Counted from the stretch's first letter, positions 1 to 13,516 are shown. The stretch is DNA of 64,000 nt from Macrostomum hystrix (GCA_950097015.1 CATNEN010000003.1:5518001-5582000); one strand, 5' to 3'. The notes: a model not told the origin generated them from the sequence alone. Translations and numbers: made by a program.

Positions 1-86
1 CGAACCAATGACGCATTGTGGACAGCGAAGCTACGACTGCTAATTAACATCAAAGTTGGAAGTCTCTGCTTATAATAATTTTTTAA

Positions 87-663
87 CAGTAGGACTACCA
101 AGCCATTTTGCCACCCGTTTTTATACCAAGGTAAAGAGAATTTTTGGCAGCGCATGAGTTTTACCATCGTTGGGTGGTGACTGATTGGTTGACAGACTAG
201 GCGATGGTGTCCTGTGGTTGAGCTAATATTTTGGCTTGATCAGTGAAATTTTAGAAATTCGCGTCACGGTGTCCATAGTTGCCTATTTCCACCTGTTGTA
301 GCCCTTGAAGGTCCAGCAGTCCGTCTAGATAAAGGTAGGTGACAACCGAAGACAAAGATGATGCACGCACAGTCGAGTGACATGCTGAGAAATTTTGAAG
401 GCTTGGCAAGGCCGCACTGGCGCAGTGCTAATTCTTGCATTGGGGTGTATCAAATACACTAGCGCTTATGCGAAAAATCAGACCTTCGGCCAGAACCGTT
501 GAATATCTCGATGGTCTGAAGAGCTGGCGACTTGATTCTTGTTTCAGAAGATGCGCAACAAAAAGTTAGCCCGTGTTCTTGAGTTCCATATGCTTTCGTT
601 GCTCCGTTCGGGTACAGCACAAAAATAGTATTGGGGAAAATCTGCAACTTGGTAGTTCTACTG
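87..663. mobile_element. Non-autonomous DNA transposon (MITE) with ~16-bp TIRs
   Basis: Ends CAGTAGGACTACCAAG / CTTGGTAGTTCTACTG, preceded by TTAA. An inverted homologous copy lies at 20990-22005. Confidence 0.75.
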
Positions 664-902
664 TCACGATAAATCCTAAATGTGACTACAACATTTTTTA
701 TTTATTTAGTAAATGACCTTATTTTTTAGAGTTTATTTTGCTTTTCTTGTTTTAACTTCTTCCTAAATCACATGAATTAACATGACATTAACTGCACCAA
801 GATGATTGGTGTAGCTTATGAAATACAACCCTTATTTTGTTGGGATTTTTAAACTTCGAAACCATTAAAAGTACTGGAACATAAGACCTCCTCTTGTCAC
901 GT

Positions 903-1168
903 TGGTTGGTGGCAGAGTGGTTAACGCATTTGCCTCTCGCACCAAGGTCCCTGAGTTCGATTCCGCGGCGAGGCCACATTCGTTCAGGGCGCAGCCGCAG
1001 AGAGAAGGCTTGGGGGCTTAAGTGAGAGTGTACACTGTCTGACGATGAGAAAGTCATGGAATATGTACACACCTGAGTGAGTGTGTGCCTGCGTACAGTA
1101 TCGGTGTGAGCGTGTGCTCAGGAGTCATTGTCACCAAGTGAAGGTGCCTGCAGCCCTCCTGCAATTAT
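903..1168 (+). mobile_element. tRNA-derived SINE, family A
   Basis: A-box TGGCAGAGTGG and B-box GAGTTCGATTCC. Body shared with copies near 9.65k, 10.4k, 55.8k and 56.9k. Confidence 0.8.
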
Positions 1169-1809
1169 TTTAACTTTTTGTATTGCATAATCGAGAATGA
1201 GTTAGCAAAAATTATATAAATCGATATAAAAAATTAACTCGTCGTGATTATTTTTAGCAATTTATCTATCTTTTTTCACCGCCTCTATCTATTGCCAATA
1301 AAGTTTTAAAAAATTCATTTCCTGCTTATCAATTTTTGATGCTTTCAGCGTCGACCCCATTATCTCGACGAACAATTTTTTGTCATTTTCTCATTCTTTG
1401 ATAAAATTGCAAGGATTCTAATCGCCCCTAGGGGCAGAAAATTATTTAATTCCGGCTAACAAACAAGGCAGGGATGTGTAAACTAACCTTCAGCGTGGGT
1501 CATTGGTACAATATTGTATGCAATAAGTTTAGAATGTCTTCGTTTTTTTCTATTCATACAGAGAAGTTATCTTTGAAAGCATTGCGTGGGCATTCCATCG
1601 ACTTCTGCTGTTAACTAATTAGTTTCTACCAGTAACGTCTGCAGCAACTGCTACCTGTGTGAACCCTTCCACTCGCTAATCTTAACTACAAGCTGACAGG
1701 GTCATCTGTCATACCGGTTATTTCTTTAGTAAAGAATTATCTGAAAATGCACTTTTAAATTTCTGTAGAGAAGAATTAATTGCTAGAATAAATTGCTTAC
1801 TCTCCTAAG

Positions 1810-3035
1810 TCCCACAATTTGTCACTCTCCCTCATTCACTCCCACAATGTGTCACTCTCCCCCATTCACTCCCACAATTTGTCACTCTCCCCTATACACT
1901 CCCACAATGTGTCACTCTCCCTCATTTAATCTGACACTTTGTCACTCTCCCTCATTCACTCCCACACTTTGTCACTCTCCCTCATTTAATCTGACACTTT
2001 GTCACTCTCCCTCATTCACTCCCACAACTTGTCACTCTCCCTCATTCACTCCCACAATTTGTCACTCTCCCTCATTCACTCCCACAACTTGTCACTCTCC
2101 CTCATTCACTCCCACAATGTGTCACTCTCCCTCATTCACTCCCACAACTTGTCACTCTCCCCCATTCACTCCCACAACTTGTCACTCTCCCTCATTCACT
2201 CCCACAACTTGTCACTCTCCCTCATTCACTCCCACAACTTGTCACTCTCCCTCATTCACTCCCACAACTTGTCACTCTCCCTCATTCACTCCCACATTTT
2301 GTCACTCTCCCTCATTCACTCCCACAACTTGTCACTCTCCCTCATTCACTCCCACAACTTGTCACTCTCCCTCATTCACTCCCACAACTTGTCACTCTCC
2401 CTCATTCACTCCCACAACTTGTCACTCTCCCTCATTCACTCCCACAATTTGTCACTCTCCCCCATTCACTCCCACAATTTGTCACTCTCCCTCATTCACT
2501 CCCACAACTTGTCACTCTCCCTCATTCACTCCCACAACTTGTCACTCTCCCTCATTCACTCCCACATTTTGTCACTCTCCCTCATTCACTCCCACAACTT
2601 GTCACTCTCCCTCATTCACTCCCACAACTTGTCACTCTCCCTCATTCACTCCCACAACTTGTCACTCTCCCTCATTCACTCCCACAATGTGTCACTCTCC
2701 CTCATTCACTCCCACAACTTGTCACTCTCCCTCATTCACTCCCACAACTTGTCACTCTCCCTCATTCACTCCCACAACTTGTCACTCTCCCTCATTCACT
2801 CCCACAACTTGTCACTCTCCCTCATTCACTCCCACAACTTGTCACTCTCCCTCATTCACTCCCACACTTTGTCACTCCCCTCATTCACTCCCACACTTTG
2901 TCACTCCCCTCATTCACTCCCACACTTTGTCACTCTCCCTCATTCACTCCCACAACTTGTCACTCTCCCTCATTCACTCCCACAATGTGTCACTCTCCCT
3001 CATTCACTCCCACAACTTGTCACTCTCCCTCATTC
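1810..3035. repeat. 30-bp minisatellite (CTTGTCACTCTCCCTCATTCACTCCCACAA)n
   Basis: About 40 near-identical tandem units. Confidence 0.97.
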
Positions 3036-3489
3036 AGAGTGGCTTATATTAAACGCACACTTGTTCAAATTTACTTTGGTATATCCATGCGAAGGCATGT
3101 ACTTTGCGGGCAAACAATTTTACAATCCTGAAGCAAATATCTCTTATAAATCCTTATCTATTGATTTAACTTTACGTGATCGTTTGCAAAGCAAAACATA
3201 CTTTGCCCTTTTCCATTATCTGATGCCGATGGTATAGCTCTGTGACTTTATGACACTGCAGTTTAAGTGTCCGTGTGTTTCTTTTTCAGGTTCAAGAATA
3301 TATTAGTAATTCGACCTGATGGGACAATATTTGAATTAGGTCTGACTGCGTGGAATCAGTTTGTACCGGAAATAAATATATTAGATACGATAACAAAGTA
3401 CTATATGCTAGGAGAATTGATGCGAAAATAATTTGTTTGATAGTTATAAACATGATGAGAATGATTGGATAAGATAATAATATATGCGT

Positions 3490-3838
3490 GAGATTTAGAT
3501 GAGATAAGAATGGATGGGGTGAGATTTAGATGAGATAAGAATGGATGGGGTGAGATTTAGATGAGATAATAATATATGCGTGAGATTTAGATGAGATAAG
3601 ATTGGATGGGGTGAGATTTAGATGAGATAAGAATGGATGGTGTGAGATTTAGATGAGATAAGAATGGATGGGGTGAGATTTAGATGAGATAAGAACGGAT
3701 GGGTGAGATTTAGATGAGATAAGAATGGATGGGGTGAGATTTAGATGAGATAAGAATGGATGGGGTGAGATTTAGATGAGATAAGAATGGATGGGGTGAG
3801 ATTTAGATGAGATAAGAATGGATGGGGTGAGATTTAGT
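3490..3838. repeat. ~31-bp minisatellite (GTGAGATTTAGATGAGATAAGAATGGATGGG)n
   Basis: About 11 tandem units. Confidence 0.95.
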
Positions 3839-5002
3839 AGATAGGTAGACAACAAGATAATTGGAGAGGTGGATAATAGGAGAAGGTATCTAGAAAGTAG
3901 AGGTAGATAAGGATATAATGGTAGAGGTAATAGTATGAAGATAGCATGTGGTATTTTTGTTCCCCAGTCAAGATGCTAGCTGTAGAAGTCCATGAAACAA
4001 GCTATCGAATTTTTTTAACTTCCTTTCCAAGTGGAAAAAACTGACTTGCGTGAATGTGTTGTGCGTTGTGCAAGTGCGTAGGTAAACTTCCTACTGGCTC
4101 TAGCTAGAAGAATTTGCTTTAGAAGTCAAGTTGAAATCATGTTAAATGAAAAGTGCATCAGCTATAGCGGAACTGAATTTTCTTGTGGGTCCAGTTAAGT
4201 TGAAGTTTTCCAAGAAATAACACGAACGGAATTCGGTAAAATAAAGCTAGTCCAGCACTTTGTCTTGCGCAATGTCAAAGACGTCCGACTCCCGCACCGA
4301 CAGTCCCAAGTTCGAATCCGGAGCGAAACCACATTATAAAAAATTTATGCGAAGCTAGTCACAGCAAAAATCCTTGTGGTGCGTTTATGTACCGTCTCCT
4401 CAATCACTAGCTTGTTACTCAATTGTCGAAAATATTGTGTGCTATTGACTTTCCTAGAAAACTACATGATTATGATTATCCAAGCCGATACTAAATCACT
4501 TATCTATAATAGAACCAACCGATATGTATCGAAAATTGCAATTTTCTAATTCGCATCAAAAAACGAAATTTTTGCGCATGCTACAAAATTCTATGCTAAA
4601 TAAAAAAATAACGCATATGAAAGTACATTCCAAATAAATTTTTTGTTTGACACAACTGAAGCTACCGGAATTTTGAATTCTAAGAATGATATCAAGAACT
4701 AATATTGTTTTAAGGTCGCACACTGGTATTTCTCAATGCTCAGTGAAAAATGTATATTTAATCAATTAGCACGTGGATCTATTTGAGAATATTTTTCGAT
4801 TGCGTTTAATTGGATAATTTTTTTCTAGCAATTACATAATTTATTAAAACAAAAGCCATTATCGCAATCTTCCTCCAACTGTCTCCAAGAGACCAAGCAT
4901 TTCTCTGAAAATGTCAATCTCGTGCACTCTGTCAATAATACTAATTATTGATTTCGGCTGAAAAACTGGGTCAGCAACAGTAGCTATAATTGCGCGGCGC
5001 AA

Positions 5003-5190
5003 TTGTACGGCTGTTCAGTCCATGGACTGGGGGACGCCACACCCACCCTCAGTTACCCCAGCTGGGTAAGCTGAAACATTTCGGAGTTAAGTGCCTTGCT
5101 AAAGGACACAAATTATTCTGGTGGAGTCGAGAATCGAACCCCCGACCTTCAAGTCGTGAGTTTAATGCCCTAACCACTAGGCTACAAACC
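5003..5190 (-). mobile_element. SINE fragment, family B
   Basis: Reverse tRNA-like head (GGTTCGATTC on the minus strand). GTACGGCTGTTCAGTCCATGGACTGGGG is shared with 27833-27960. Confidence 0.6.
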
Positions 5191-5268
5191 CTTTCTTTCA
5201 AATCGTTCAAATATCTGTGCTGATGGTCGGGAGTTCGAATCGCAGCCAATCGAAAAGCAAAGACAGTA

Positions 5269-5859
5269 TCTATCTATCTATTTGCAGGGGGCCCGGGGCA
5301 CTTGTCGCACAAGCGACGGAGCGGCACGCCCCCAGACCGGCGAACTAGGCGCTTTTGCGCCCATCGCGCCGCCTCCCCTGAGCAGGCGCCACACACAGCA
5401 GCACAGACCAGCCGGGGAGGGCAGGAGGCACCCAGAATAGGCAGCAGTGTCCCCCACCCCCGCCCCACACGCACATAGCAGACGAACCGGGGCGGAAGGC
5501 TGATAAGAAATCAGTCCTCAGGGGGAGCCGGGTGATGAGTGTACACTTATCCAATCGCGCTGACGGAAGTCCAGAAGGCGCGCGGCGGTGTACACCCGCC
5601 CTCCAGCCACCCTCCGCAAGGTCTCACGCCCCAGCGCCAACGCACACAACTCACACAACGCAGAACAGGCACACAGAAGGTAGGAGCGAAGCTATTATTT
5701 CAAGCTTTGATTGCACGAAATATGGTGCACCTCCGCCGGTCGCTACTGTCCAAACCCCCAACAAGTCCCGAAATTAATCGTGACTTGAAGGGTGAATCGA
5801 ACTAGCGTCCTTTGGAGTGCGAGGCAGCGACGTTAGCCGCTCACCCACTCGCCCCCTTT
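5269..5859 (-). mobile_element. Full-length tRNA-derived SINE with (ATAG)n tail
   Basis: 13-bp TSD AGCAAAGACAGTA at 5256-5268 and 5860-5872. tRNA-like head at about 5785-5855 on the minus strand. Confidence 0.8.
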
Positions 5860-6669
5860 AGCAAAGACAGTAGGCGTGTCTCCTATTAAATAGAATCACA
5901 CTGAACTAAGCACCAATGGTCAACAATCAAAACATCCTTAAAAATTATACTCGTAATAACATAATAATATGTCAAAGAAAGTCAAACAAGAGCCTTATAT
6001 AATTTATAAATATTTGTCTACTTTACTAATTACTAATTACGTTTAGGGCCTGGATTTAAAGTTATATATATCGTATTAATTGTCCAATCAGCATAAAACT
6101 TTATCTGATTCTAACAAATAGTTTTCAATTACAGCAAGTCTATTAGAAATAATGAACAATTGTTTATAAAAATTGTAAACAAAATTTCAAGCACACTTAA
6201 AAACTGTTTATTTTAATCTGCAATCTAATAGACCGTTGGAGTGCTTGTTGAGTGTGTTGATGAATTTTCAAATTTGTAGTAGATTCTTAATATTTATGCT
6301 TGGTTTTTTAAAACATTTTTCCTACGTAAATGACGTACTAAAATTCTAATTTGGCTACTGGAATATTAGGACTTCACAAATTTTTATTACAGTTTATATT
6401 TTAACTGACTACTAAGAGTAGGGATTCTAGTTAAAATTTAAAGAAAAACTAGCATACTTTAAGCTATTCTACAAGTCAATCTACTCGAAATCTATCGAAA
6501 TTAGCTATTTAGCCGTAGTGCATAGATTTTATTTTGAAGGCTACTTCTAGTTTAGTCTAGGATTTTCCTATTTTAAACATTCCTTTTTTTGTAAAAAAAC
6601 ATGTTACAGATATCTTTTAGAATATCCATTGGTTTTCTGCTAAGAGTTTCTAAAAGTTAGGGAAAAAAC

Positions 6670-7285
6670 TCGGGCTCTCCTCTGTCACGTGATTCGGCTC
6701 CCTCGGTCACGTGATTCGGCTCCCTCGGTCACGTGATTCGGCTCCCTCGGTCACGTGACTCGGCTCTCTTTGGTGATGTGACTCGGCTCTCCTCGGTCTC
6801 GTGACTCGACTCTCCTCTTTCGCTTGACTAGGCTCTTCTCGGTCACGTGATTCGGCTCCCTCGGTCACGTGATTCGGCTCCCTCGGTCACGTGATTCGGC
6901 TCCCTCGGTCACGTGATTCGGCTCCCTCGGTCACGTGATTCGGCTCCCTCGGTCACGTGATTCGGCTCCCTCGGTCACGTGACTCGGCTCTCCTCTTTCG
7001 CTTGACTAGGCTCTTCTCGGTCACGTGACTCGGCTCTCCTCTTTCGCTTGACTAGGCTCTTCTCGGTCACGTGATTCGGCTCTCCTCGGTCACGTGATTC
7101 GGCTCTCCTTGGTCACGTGATTCGGCTCTCCTCGGTCACGTGACTCGGCTCCCTCGGTCACGTGATTCGGCTCTCCTCGGTCACGTGATTCGGCTCTCCT
7201 TGGTCACGTGATTCGGCTCTCCTCGGTCACGTGATTCGGCTCTCCTTGGTCACGTGATTCGGCTCTCCTCGGTCACGTGACTCAA
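6670..7285. repeat. 21-22-bp minisatellite containing GGTCACGTGA
   Basis: Tandem (GGTCACGTGATTCGGCTCCCTC) units with roughly 20 or more intact CACGTG. Confidence 0.95.
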
Positions 7286-8275
7286 CTCGACGTCGAGCAA
7301 ATACTTCGACGCAAATTTCGACAAAATTTTGTCGACTTCAGGAAATATATAAAGAAGAAACATCATGAATGTCGAATTGCTAAAACTGTGTCAGTGCAAA
7401 TGTTTAAGAAAACAAGTCTGTAATTAGATTTTAGGAGGGATATACCTTAAAAGAGAAATATAGCGACGTAAAATAGAAATACTTCTGTAATTTTACTGTA
7501 AAGGCAACTCGGGTAGAAGCAAAAACTTCTATTAAACTTTAAATCCAGTTTAAGAAGCCAAAAACTTGTTTTTCAGTCGATCAAATTGATTTGCATGAAG
7601 CTATTAGAATATTTTCTGTGCCAATAACAACATTGCTTTAGTAAGGCAAAGCAAAATGAAGCTAGTGAAGCTACAAGCTCCAAAGTTACAGGGTCGAAAT
7701 TAAGGTTCTATATTTTTTCCCATAGCTATACGAAACGAAACAGGTAAACAGGTAAATTTATTAGCAAAGTCAGTACATTTCAATCCCATTTTCAAATCAG
7801 AGGATCATCCGACTGCTGGTAAACACAAAACAGGAGATAGCAAATGGTGAAGTTCCTTTCGCACTAGCAAAATTAGATTTTGGAAGATCAGCTGAAGCTT
7901 GAAGAGTCAGCTGATGCGATGCGACCCTCGAGATACCAGTCAGCTGACGGTTCCTGCGTCCATCCGTAAACCATCTCCCCCCATACGTGCTCCCTATATA
8001 GTACATATTCGTCCATTCGTCCGCGCTATAGCCCTGATCGTTAGTTTCGCATCCCGTGACTGTACCAGGTTTGAAAACAGCGGATCGCAGCGACCCCAGA
8101 GTGTTAATCAAGGTCAGGATGTACACAACCCTGGACAAGCGAGCGTGGAAGACTTGGAAGAAGAAAACGGTTTTAAGGTCGAACGAAAATGTTGCAGAAA
8201 AGATAGTTTAGAAATTTACCATCGACCTGGAATTAACAGAGGGCGCACGATTTGAAATCAATCGAAAGACAAGCA

Positions 8276-10338
8276 ATGGAAGCGGCCGATTTTACAAAAC
8301 TATTTGCCTACGCTGTGCGCAGCGACAAGTCTGCCACCGACTTGCAGATGCTGCTGGCCAGCGGGCGGGTCTGTCTCAGCCAGATTCGAGTCAAAGGCAT
8401 GTCTGTGGTGCATTACGCTGCTCACTTTAACAAACTTCAACTGTTGCAGCTGCTTATCAAACACGGCTGCAATCTGAACTGCGCCAACGAGGAGGGCCTG
8501 TCGCCGATTCACATCGCGGCCAGACGCGGCAACACAGGGGCTCTCGTAGCCCTGGCCGAAGCCGGTGCCAGACTGCACTGGCAGAGGCCGAGCTGCTATG
8601 ATAGACTCGACGCCGACTTTGGCGACATACCGGCCGAGGACACGGTTGAAGATCCTCTCTCCTATGCGGTTGAGAACGGTCACCTACTATGTGTTGAAGC
8701 TCTGTTGAGGCTGGGAGCGAATCCCAATTGCCGCTACTTCATGGGCGACCTCATCTCCGTGATGAGCCTGGAGAATCTGCTCTGCCTGGAGCTGCTGCTT
8801 CGAGCCGGAGCGAATCCCGACACATTCAACCGCTGGGGCCTCAGTCCGCTGATGCGCGCCTGCAAGGAGAGCCGCCTGGAGGCAGCCATGGTGCTGCTCT
8901 GTCACAAGGCCAAAATAGATCTGCGATCGTCGCTATCGTTTGGCGGCAAATCGGCCATGTTTTACGCCATGAAGAATCGTCGCACGGACCTGATGCAGCT
9001 ATTGCTAAATAGCGGCGCCGATCCGAACCAGTTCGTCCAGAATGACACCACAGCCATGGAGCTGGCCATCAAGCTGAACAGCCCGCCGATGCTGTGCTGC
9101 CTGCTGCGCAACCGGGCCGATCCGAACAAGCCCAATGAGTCCGGCCGATACGAGATCTACCCGCTGCAGTTCCTGTGCTCAATTGTACGCCTCGAGAATA
9201 GGAACGTGCTGCTCAAAATGCTGCTGGATGCTGGAGCTAAGCCAAATCAGCACAGCAGCCTCAGGGACAAGATCTGCTTGGATTCTCCCTGCCTGCCGCC
9301 ACTCGTTGAATACCTCGGCTGCAACGAAGAATTAGACGCTTTCACCGTCTACTTGCTGGTGCAGTTTGGTGCCAAAGTCAACCTATGTCAGGGTGCCTGT
9401 GGCTACAGCTTGCTAGACAAGTGAGTATAGTAGCATTGCTTGCGTGCTTGCGTGATCTGCAGGATTTTCGACTGACTTTTCAAATACTGAAACATAAAAC
9501 TTCAATCGTTTTGAGAATTTTTTGAATCCTTGAACATAGCCCTGGGATCAAGCATTGAACACTACCCCGAAAAGATTTTCTCTGAATATTTTGACACAAT
9601 TGATAAATTTTTTTCCTAAATAGTTGAAATTAAATATAAATAAATTAAAATAATTGCAGCAAGGCTGCCGGCAGTGGCACATCATGGTGACACTAGACCT
9701 GCAGCTAGCAAGGAGGCAATTCTGCCCATTTCGCTGACTCCTGAGCACACACGCACACAGATACAGTACGCAGGCACACGCTGACACAGGTGTGTACATC
9801 TGCTCTGAATTTCTCATCGTCAGGCAGTGTACACACTCACTGCGCCTTGGAGGTTGAACCTCAAGGGTGTAAATTGCACGAAAAGCCCCCAAGCCTTCTC
9901 TTCGCTGCTGCGCCCCAAATGAATGTGTGACCTAGCCGAGAAATCACAGATTCTAGTTACTATCGGGAGTAAAAGTGCAAAACTTTTCGTAGTTTTTTAA
10001 ATCGAGGTGAAATACTCACTTAAAATTTCCTGACCCGATCTAGATTCGGTATCCAAGGCCATCTTGCTAGAGTGCTCAACAACCCAGAGAATGCTCAATT
10101 AGCCGAACTTCTGTTGGACGCCACGGTGAAGGTTGACAGGCCGGCCATTGCCAAGATGTCCCGCATTGGGCCGGAGCAGAAGGCGCTGGTGTTCAGCCTG
10201 ACCGAGAGCTCACTGTTACGACTGTGTCGAGTGGTGATTCGGGACCAGTTGCCGGCTCCGCTACCAAAGTCTGTGGCTCAACTGCCACTGCCGAAAGTGC
10301 TCAAGAACTACCTGCTGTTTGATAGTCCGATGTGCTGA
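8276..10338 (+). CDS. Ankyrin repeat and SOCS box protein (ASB family); exons 8276-9420 and 10044-10338
   Basis: Multiple ankyrin motifs (GMSVVHYAA, GLSPIHIAARRG, GLSPLMRAC). Phase-2 GT-AG intron joins in frame. C-terminal SOCS box SLLRLCRVVIR...LPLPKVLKNYL. Confidence 0.92.
9650..9945 (-). mobile_element. SINE family A, intronic copy
   Basis: Reverse-complement match to 903-1168 and 56920-57240. Confidence 0.8.
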
Positions 10339-10374
10339 TGACACGTAATTTATTTGAGATTAATTACAGATGTT

Positions 10375-10720
10375 GATTGCAGGAGGGCTGTGGGCAATGG
10401 CACATCATTTGGTGACACTAGACCTGCATCCAGCGTGGAGGCAATTCTGCTCATTTCGCTGACTCCTGAGCACACACGCACACAGATCCCGTACGCAGGC
10501 ACACACAAACTCAGGTGTGTACATCTGCCCTGACTTTCTCATCGTCAAGCAGTGTACACTCTCCCTAGTACACTGCCTTGGGGGCTTGGCCCTCAAAGGT
10601 GTAAATATCAAGCCTTCTCTCCGCGGCTGCGCCCCAAATGAATGTGGCCTCGCCGCGGAATCGATCGCTTAGGGACCTTGGAGCGAGAGGCGAACGCGTT
10701 AATTGCTCTGCTGCCGACTC
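10375..10720 (-). mobile_element. SINE family A, just 3' of the ASB stop
   Basis: Reverse-complement match including the tRNA-like head. Confidence 0.8.
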
Positions 10721-12174
10721 CTAACTACAGGATTTAAAATTATAGCTTTAAGGACTATTGGATTTAACCTCACAATATCAGTTTTTAAGTTATCTTTGTA
10801 AATCTTTGTCCGGTTTGTTAATTTTATTTTCGTCGTGAAACTTTTGAACCAATTCTCGAGCCGATGAAAATTTTTTCAACGTCTTTAAACTCTGATCAAA
10901 ACTTCCCTCACAGAGCCGAAGTCTGCAAAAAGCCTGAACTCCGCCTCGTCACTGAACTCCAAAATCTTCTACGAGTACAAATTTTACAGATTTTTTTGCA
11001 AAAGTCCTTAAGCTATTTTATCGAGTGATTTAAAAAAACAGCATGTCTGCTGATAGTTTTGATATCTGATATGACTGTTTTTTAATTTTCACACCAATTT
11101 TTTGACGTCTTTGACAAAAAATGGTAGATTTAAACCAAAACACAGAATATAATACCGAACTGAGTGGCGTGATTGAAGCTAGCTCCACCAGAGAAAATTT
11201 GTTTTACTTTGCTTTTGTGTCCGTCAGTGCGTTTATATTATTTATAAGATTTTTTAAAAACGTTATGACGTTTTTTAACGCAAAAGGCACATTGTAAATG
11301 ATTATTCAAGCGTACAAAATATTAGCTGTTCGTCTTTTCATAACGTAAAAATTTTCCTTACGGTTTTTATAAAAAATCGAATTCAAAGGATTTTTAACGG
11401 GTTTTCCCGATTAGTTTCTCACAAACATTCAACTGTACAGAGATCAGCGACTCATTTAAATCATGCATTTGTAATTTTTTACGTTAAAACAAACATTTTC
11501 CTTTTTAGCATTGAACACTGCAATATTTACAGCGGTTGTGTAAATCAATTTGGCTTTATTCAAGACTGTAAATAGTAAGCTTGTATAAAAAAGATTTGTT
11601 AATGTAGAGTACCCGTGATTTTTTAGTTTTTTGTTGTATTCTGCATCAGCATGCAGCGCTTAAGTTTCTCGTGTATTTTTTAAAGACAGAATTGGTTTTT
11701 TTATTTATTCAGGTTTGACATGATTGTATGACTTCATGTTCTTTAATATATGTTAATGCGATTTTTTAAGAAGAGCCAATATGCATGGCTTTTACACGTA
11801 GTACCTTTACGTAGTAATTACTTTTTAAATTAACAGTTCTTTGTTTAAAAGCAAACAAAGTATTTGACACAAATGGCAGTACCAGCTACTGAGTTTGCCT
11901 GCGTAATTGAAAATATTGTCACTATTAATTTGGTTAATCAGTTCTGATGACAAAAACAGCTCTTTTCTTTTGCTCTTTTAATTTTGCCAGGTGCATTAAA
12001 AAGTTGTGAGAAAAAATATTTTTAATGTCATTTATTTAGTTTCTCAACTGCAGGCTTTCAGATAAAAGTATATTTTTTACTTATCAAAGCATTCACTAAA
12101 AGTTTTAAATCCTGTTATTACTCTTAAGATACTCTTTATTCATTTGTGTCGAGTGGCGACTGACGTGTCTTGAG

Positions 12175-12530
12175 GTGACGTGCAGTCATGTCTAGATGCG
12201 ACAGTCTTGTCTAGATGTGACAGTCATGTCTAGATGCGACAGTCTTGTCTAGATGTGACAGTCGTGTCTTGATGTGACAGTCATGTCTAGATGGGACAGT
12301 CGTGTCTAGATGCGACAGTCTTGTCTAGATGTGACAGTCGTGTCTAGATGTGACAGTCGTGTCTTGATGGGACAGTCGTGTCTAGATGGGACAGTCGTGT
12401 CTAGATGGGACAGTCGTGTCTAGATGGGACAGTCGTGTCTAGATGGGACAGTCGTGTCTAGATGGGACAGTCGTGTCTAGATGGGACAGTCGTGTCTAGA
12501 TGGGACAGTCGTGTCTAGATGTGACAGCTA
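12175..12530. repeat. 19-bp minisatellite (GTCGTGTCTAGATGGGACA)n
   Basis: Tandem units. Confidence 0.95.
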
Positions 12531-12879
12531 GTCCATTGAAGTATCAATTGGTGGTGCCGCAGACAACATTATAAATGAAGTTTGAAACTTCTCCGGTTTT
12601 ATAATACCAAAGCAAAAGCTGCATATGTTTAAATTGTATTTTTTTTCTTTCCTTTGTTTCTTCACAGGAACAGAAAAACAAACATATAGAAGAAAATTAT
12701 ACTTTTAATTTGGATTAGTCGTTGTGTGGTAAATTGCTTGAAAACACGGTTTTGTTTAACCAATAACAAATATCGGATACAACATTTTTAAACAAATAAA
12801 TCAACTAGTTGATCCAGCTAAGATTGTTCAATAACTATTTCCTGTAATTTTTTTGCAACAATTTAGTCCCGCAATAGAA

Positions 12880-13143
12880 TCAGCGCCTGCCGTAGCGCAG
12901 GATATTGTGCCAACGCGGTCGCATTCCGAATGTCCATTGTCGCCAATAGTTCGGATTGAATTTAGGTCCAATAGACTCGCTGTTCTCCAACAATGGTTGA
13001 TATGACAGCTGGGAGGAGGTCAGGATGGTAAGCAGACGCTTCCTGATGGTCATTCGATCATTGCTAGTAGCCGCGGCGTCAACATTCAATGGCTGAGACG
13101 CTAGCGCGCTGGCAGAAGTCGCCAGTAACAGCAGCAGCAACAT
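12880..13143 (-). CDS. Neuropeptide precursor with C-terminal ...HNILRY-amide
   Basis: Leu-rich signal peptide, RKR cleavage site, C-terminal LRY-G-RR amidation/cleavage signal just before the stop. Confidence 0.8.
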   Translation of the reverse strand: MLLLLLLATSASALASQPLNVDAAATSNDRMTIRKRLLTILTSSQLSYQPLLENSESIGPKFNPNYWRQWTFGMRPRWHNILRYGRR

Positions 13144-13516
13144 TTAGTCAGATATTCTTTCAAATGCTGATCAGACAGACACAGCTAGACTATAGAAAGG
13201 TAGAACTTATAGCCCTATTCGCTGTAGATTCACAGACAAAAATCTTCCTTATATTTTTACTAAAAAAACCTCACCGTCAACTTCTCATTGTGATTGGACC
13301 GTGAAAGACGGGCTCAGCATCATCATCGCCATTATCATCATCATTTATTCGACTGGAACTCGAAGCGGCGATTAAATAGGCTCGCCTTTGTGCGGGTAGC
13401 AACCAAGAAGTCCAGGTGCAACGCAAGAAGCGATTAAAATTACCCGTCTATTGAGTTTCGTATAGCACCACTATTGAACATCAGCTGAAAACAGGTGATT
13501 CAAAACACTGTACAAA

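Noticed and set aside
1038-1056. CTGACGA...GAAA in SINE family A as a hammerhead core
   Set aside because: No stem II between the motifs. CTGAC instead pairs with the downstream GTCAG in a simple hairpin.
1793-3237. 419-aa and 412-aa ORFs of [10 protein letters not shown] / [10 protein letters not shown] repeats
   Set aside because: Produced by a stop-free 30-bp minisatellite open in several frames, with frameshifting units near the end.
4250-4335. tRNA-like segments here and at 903, 21238 and 34575 as real tRNA genes
   Set aside because: A and B boxes are present but I could not build a full cloverleaf. They are best read as SINE heads.
7899-8255. ORF upstream of and overlapping the ASB start
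   Set aside because: Different frame, non-ATG start and no recognisable domain. Probably 5' UTR, although an unrecognised exon cannot be excluded.
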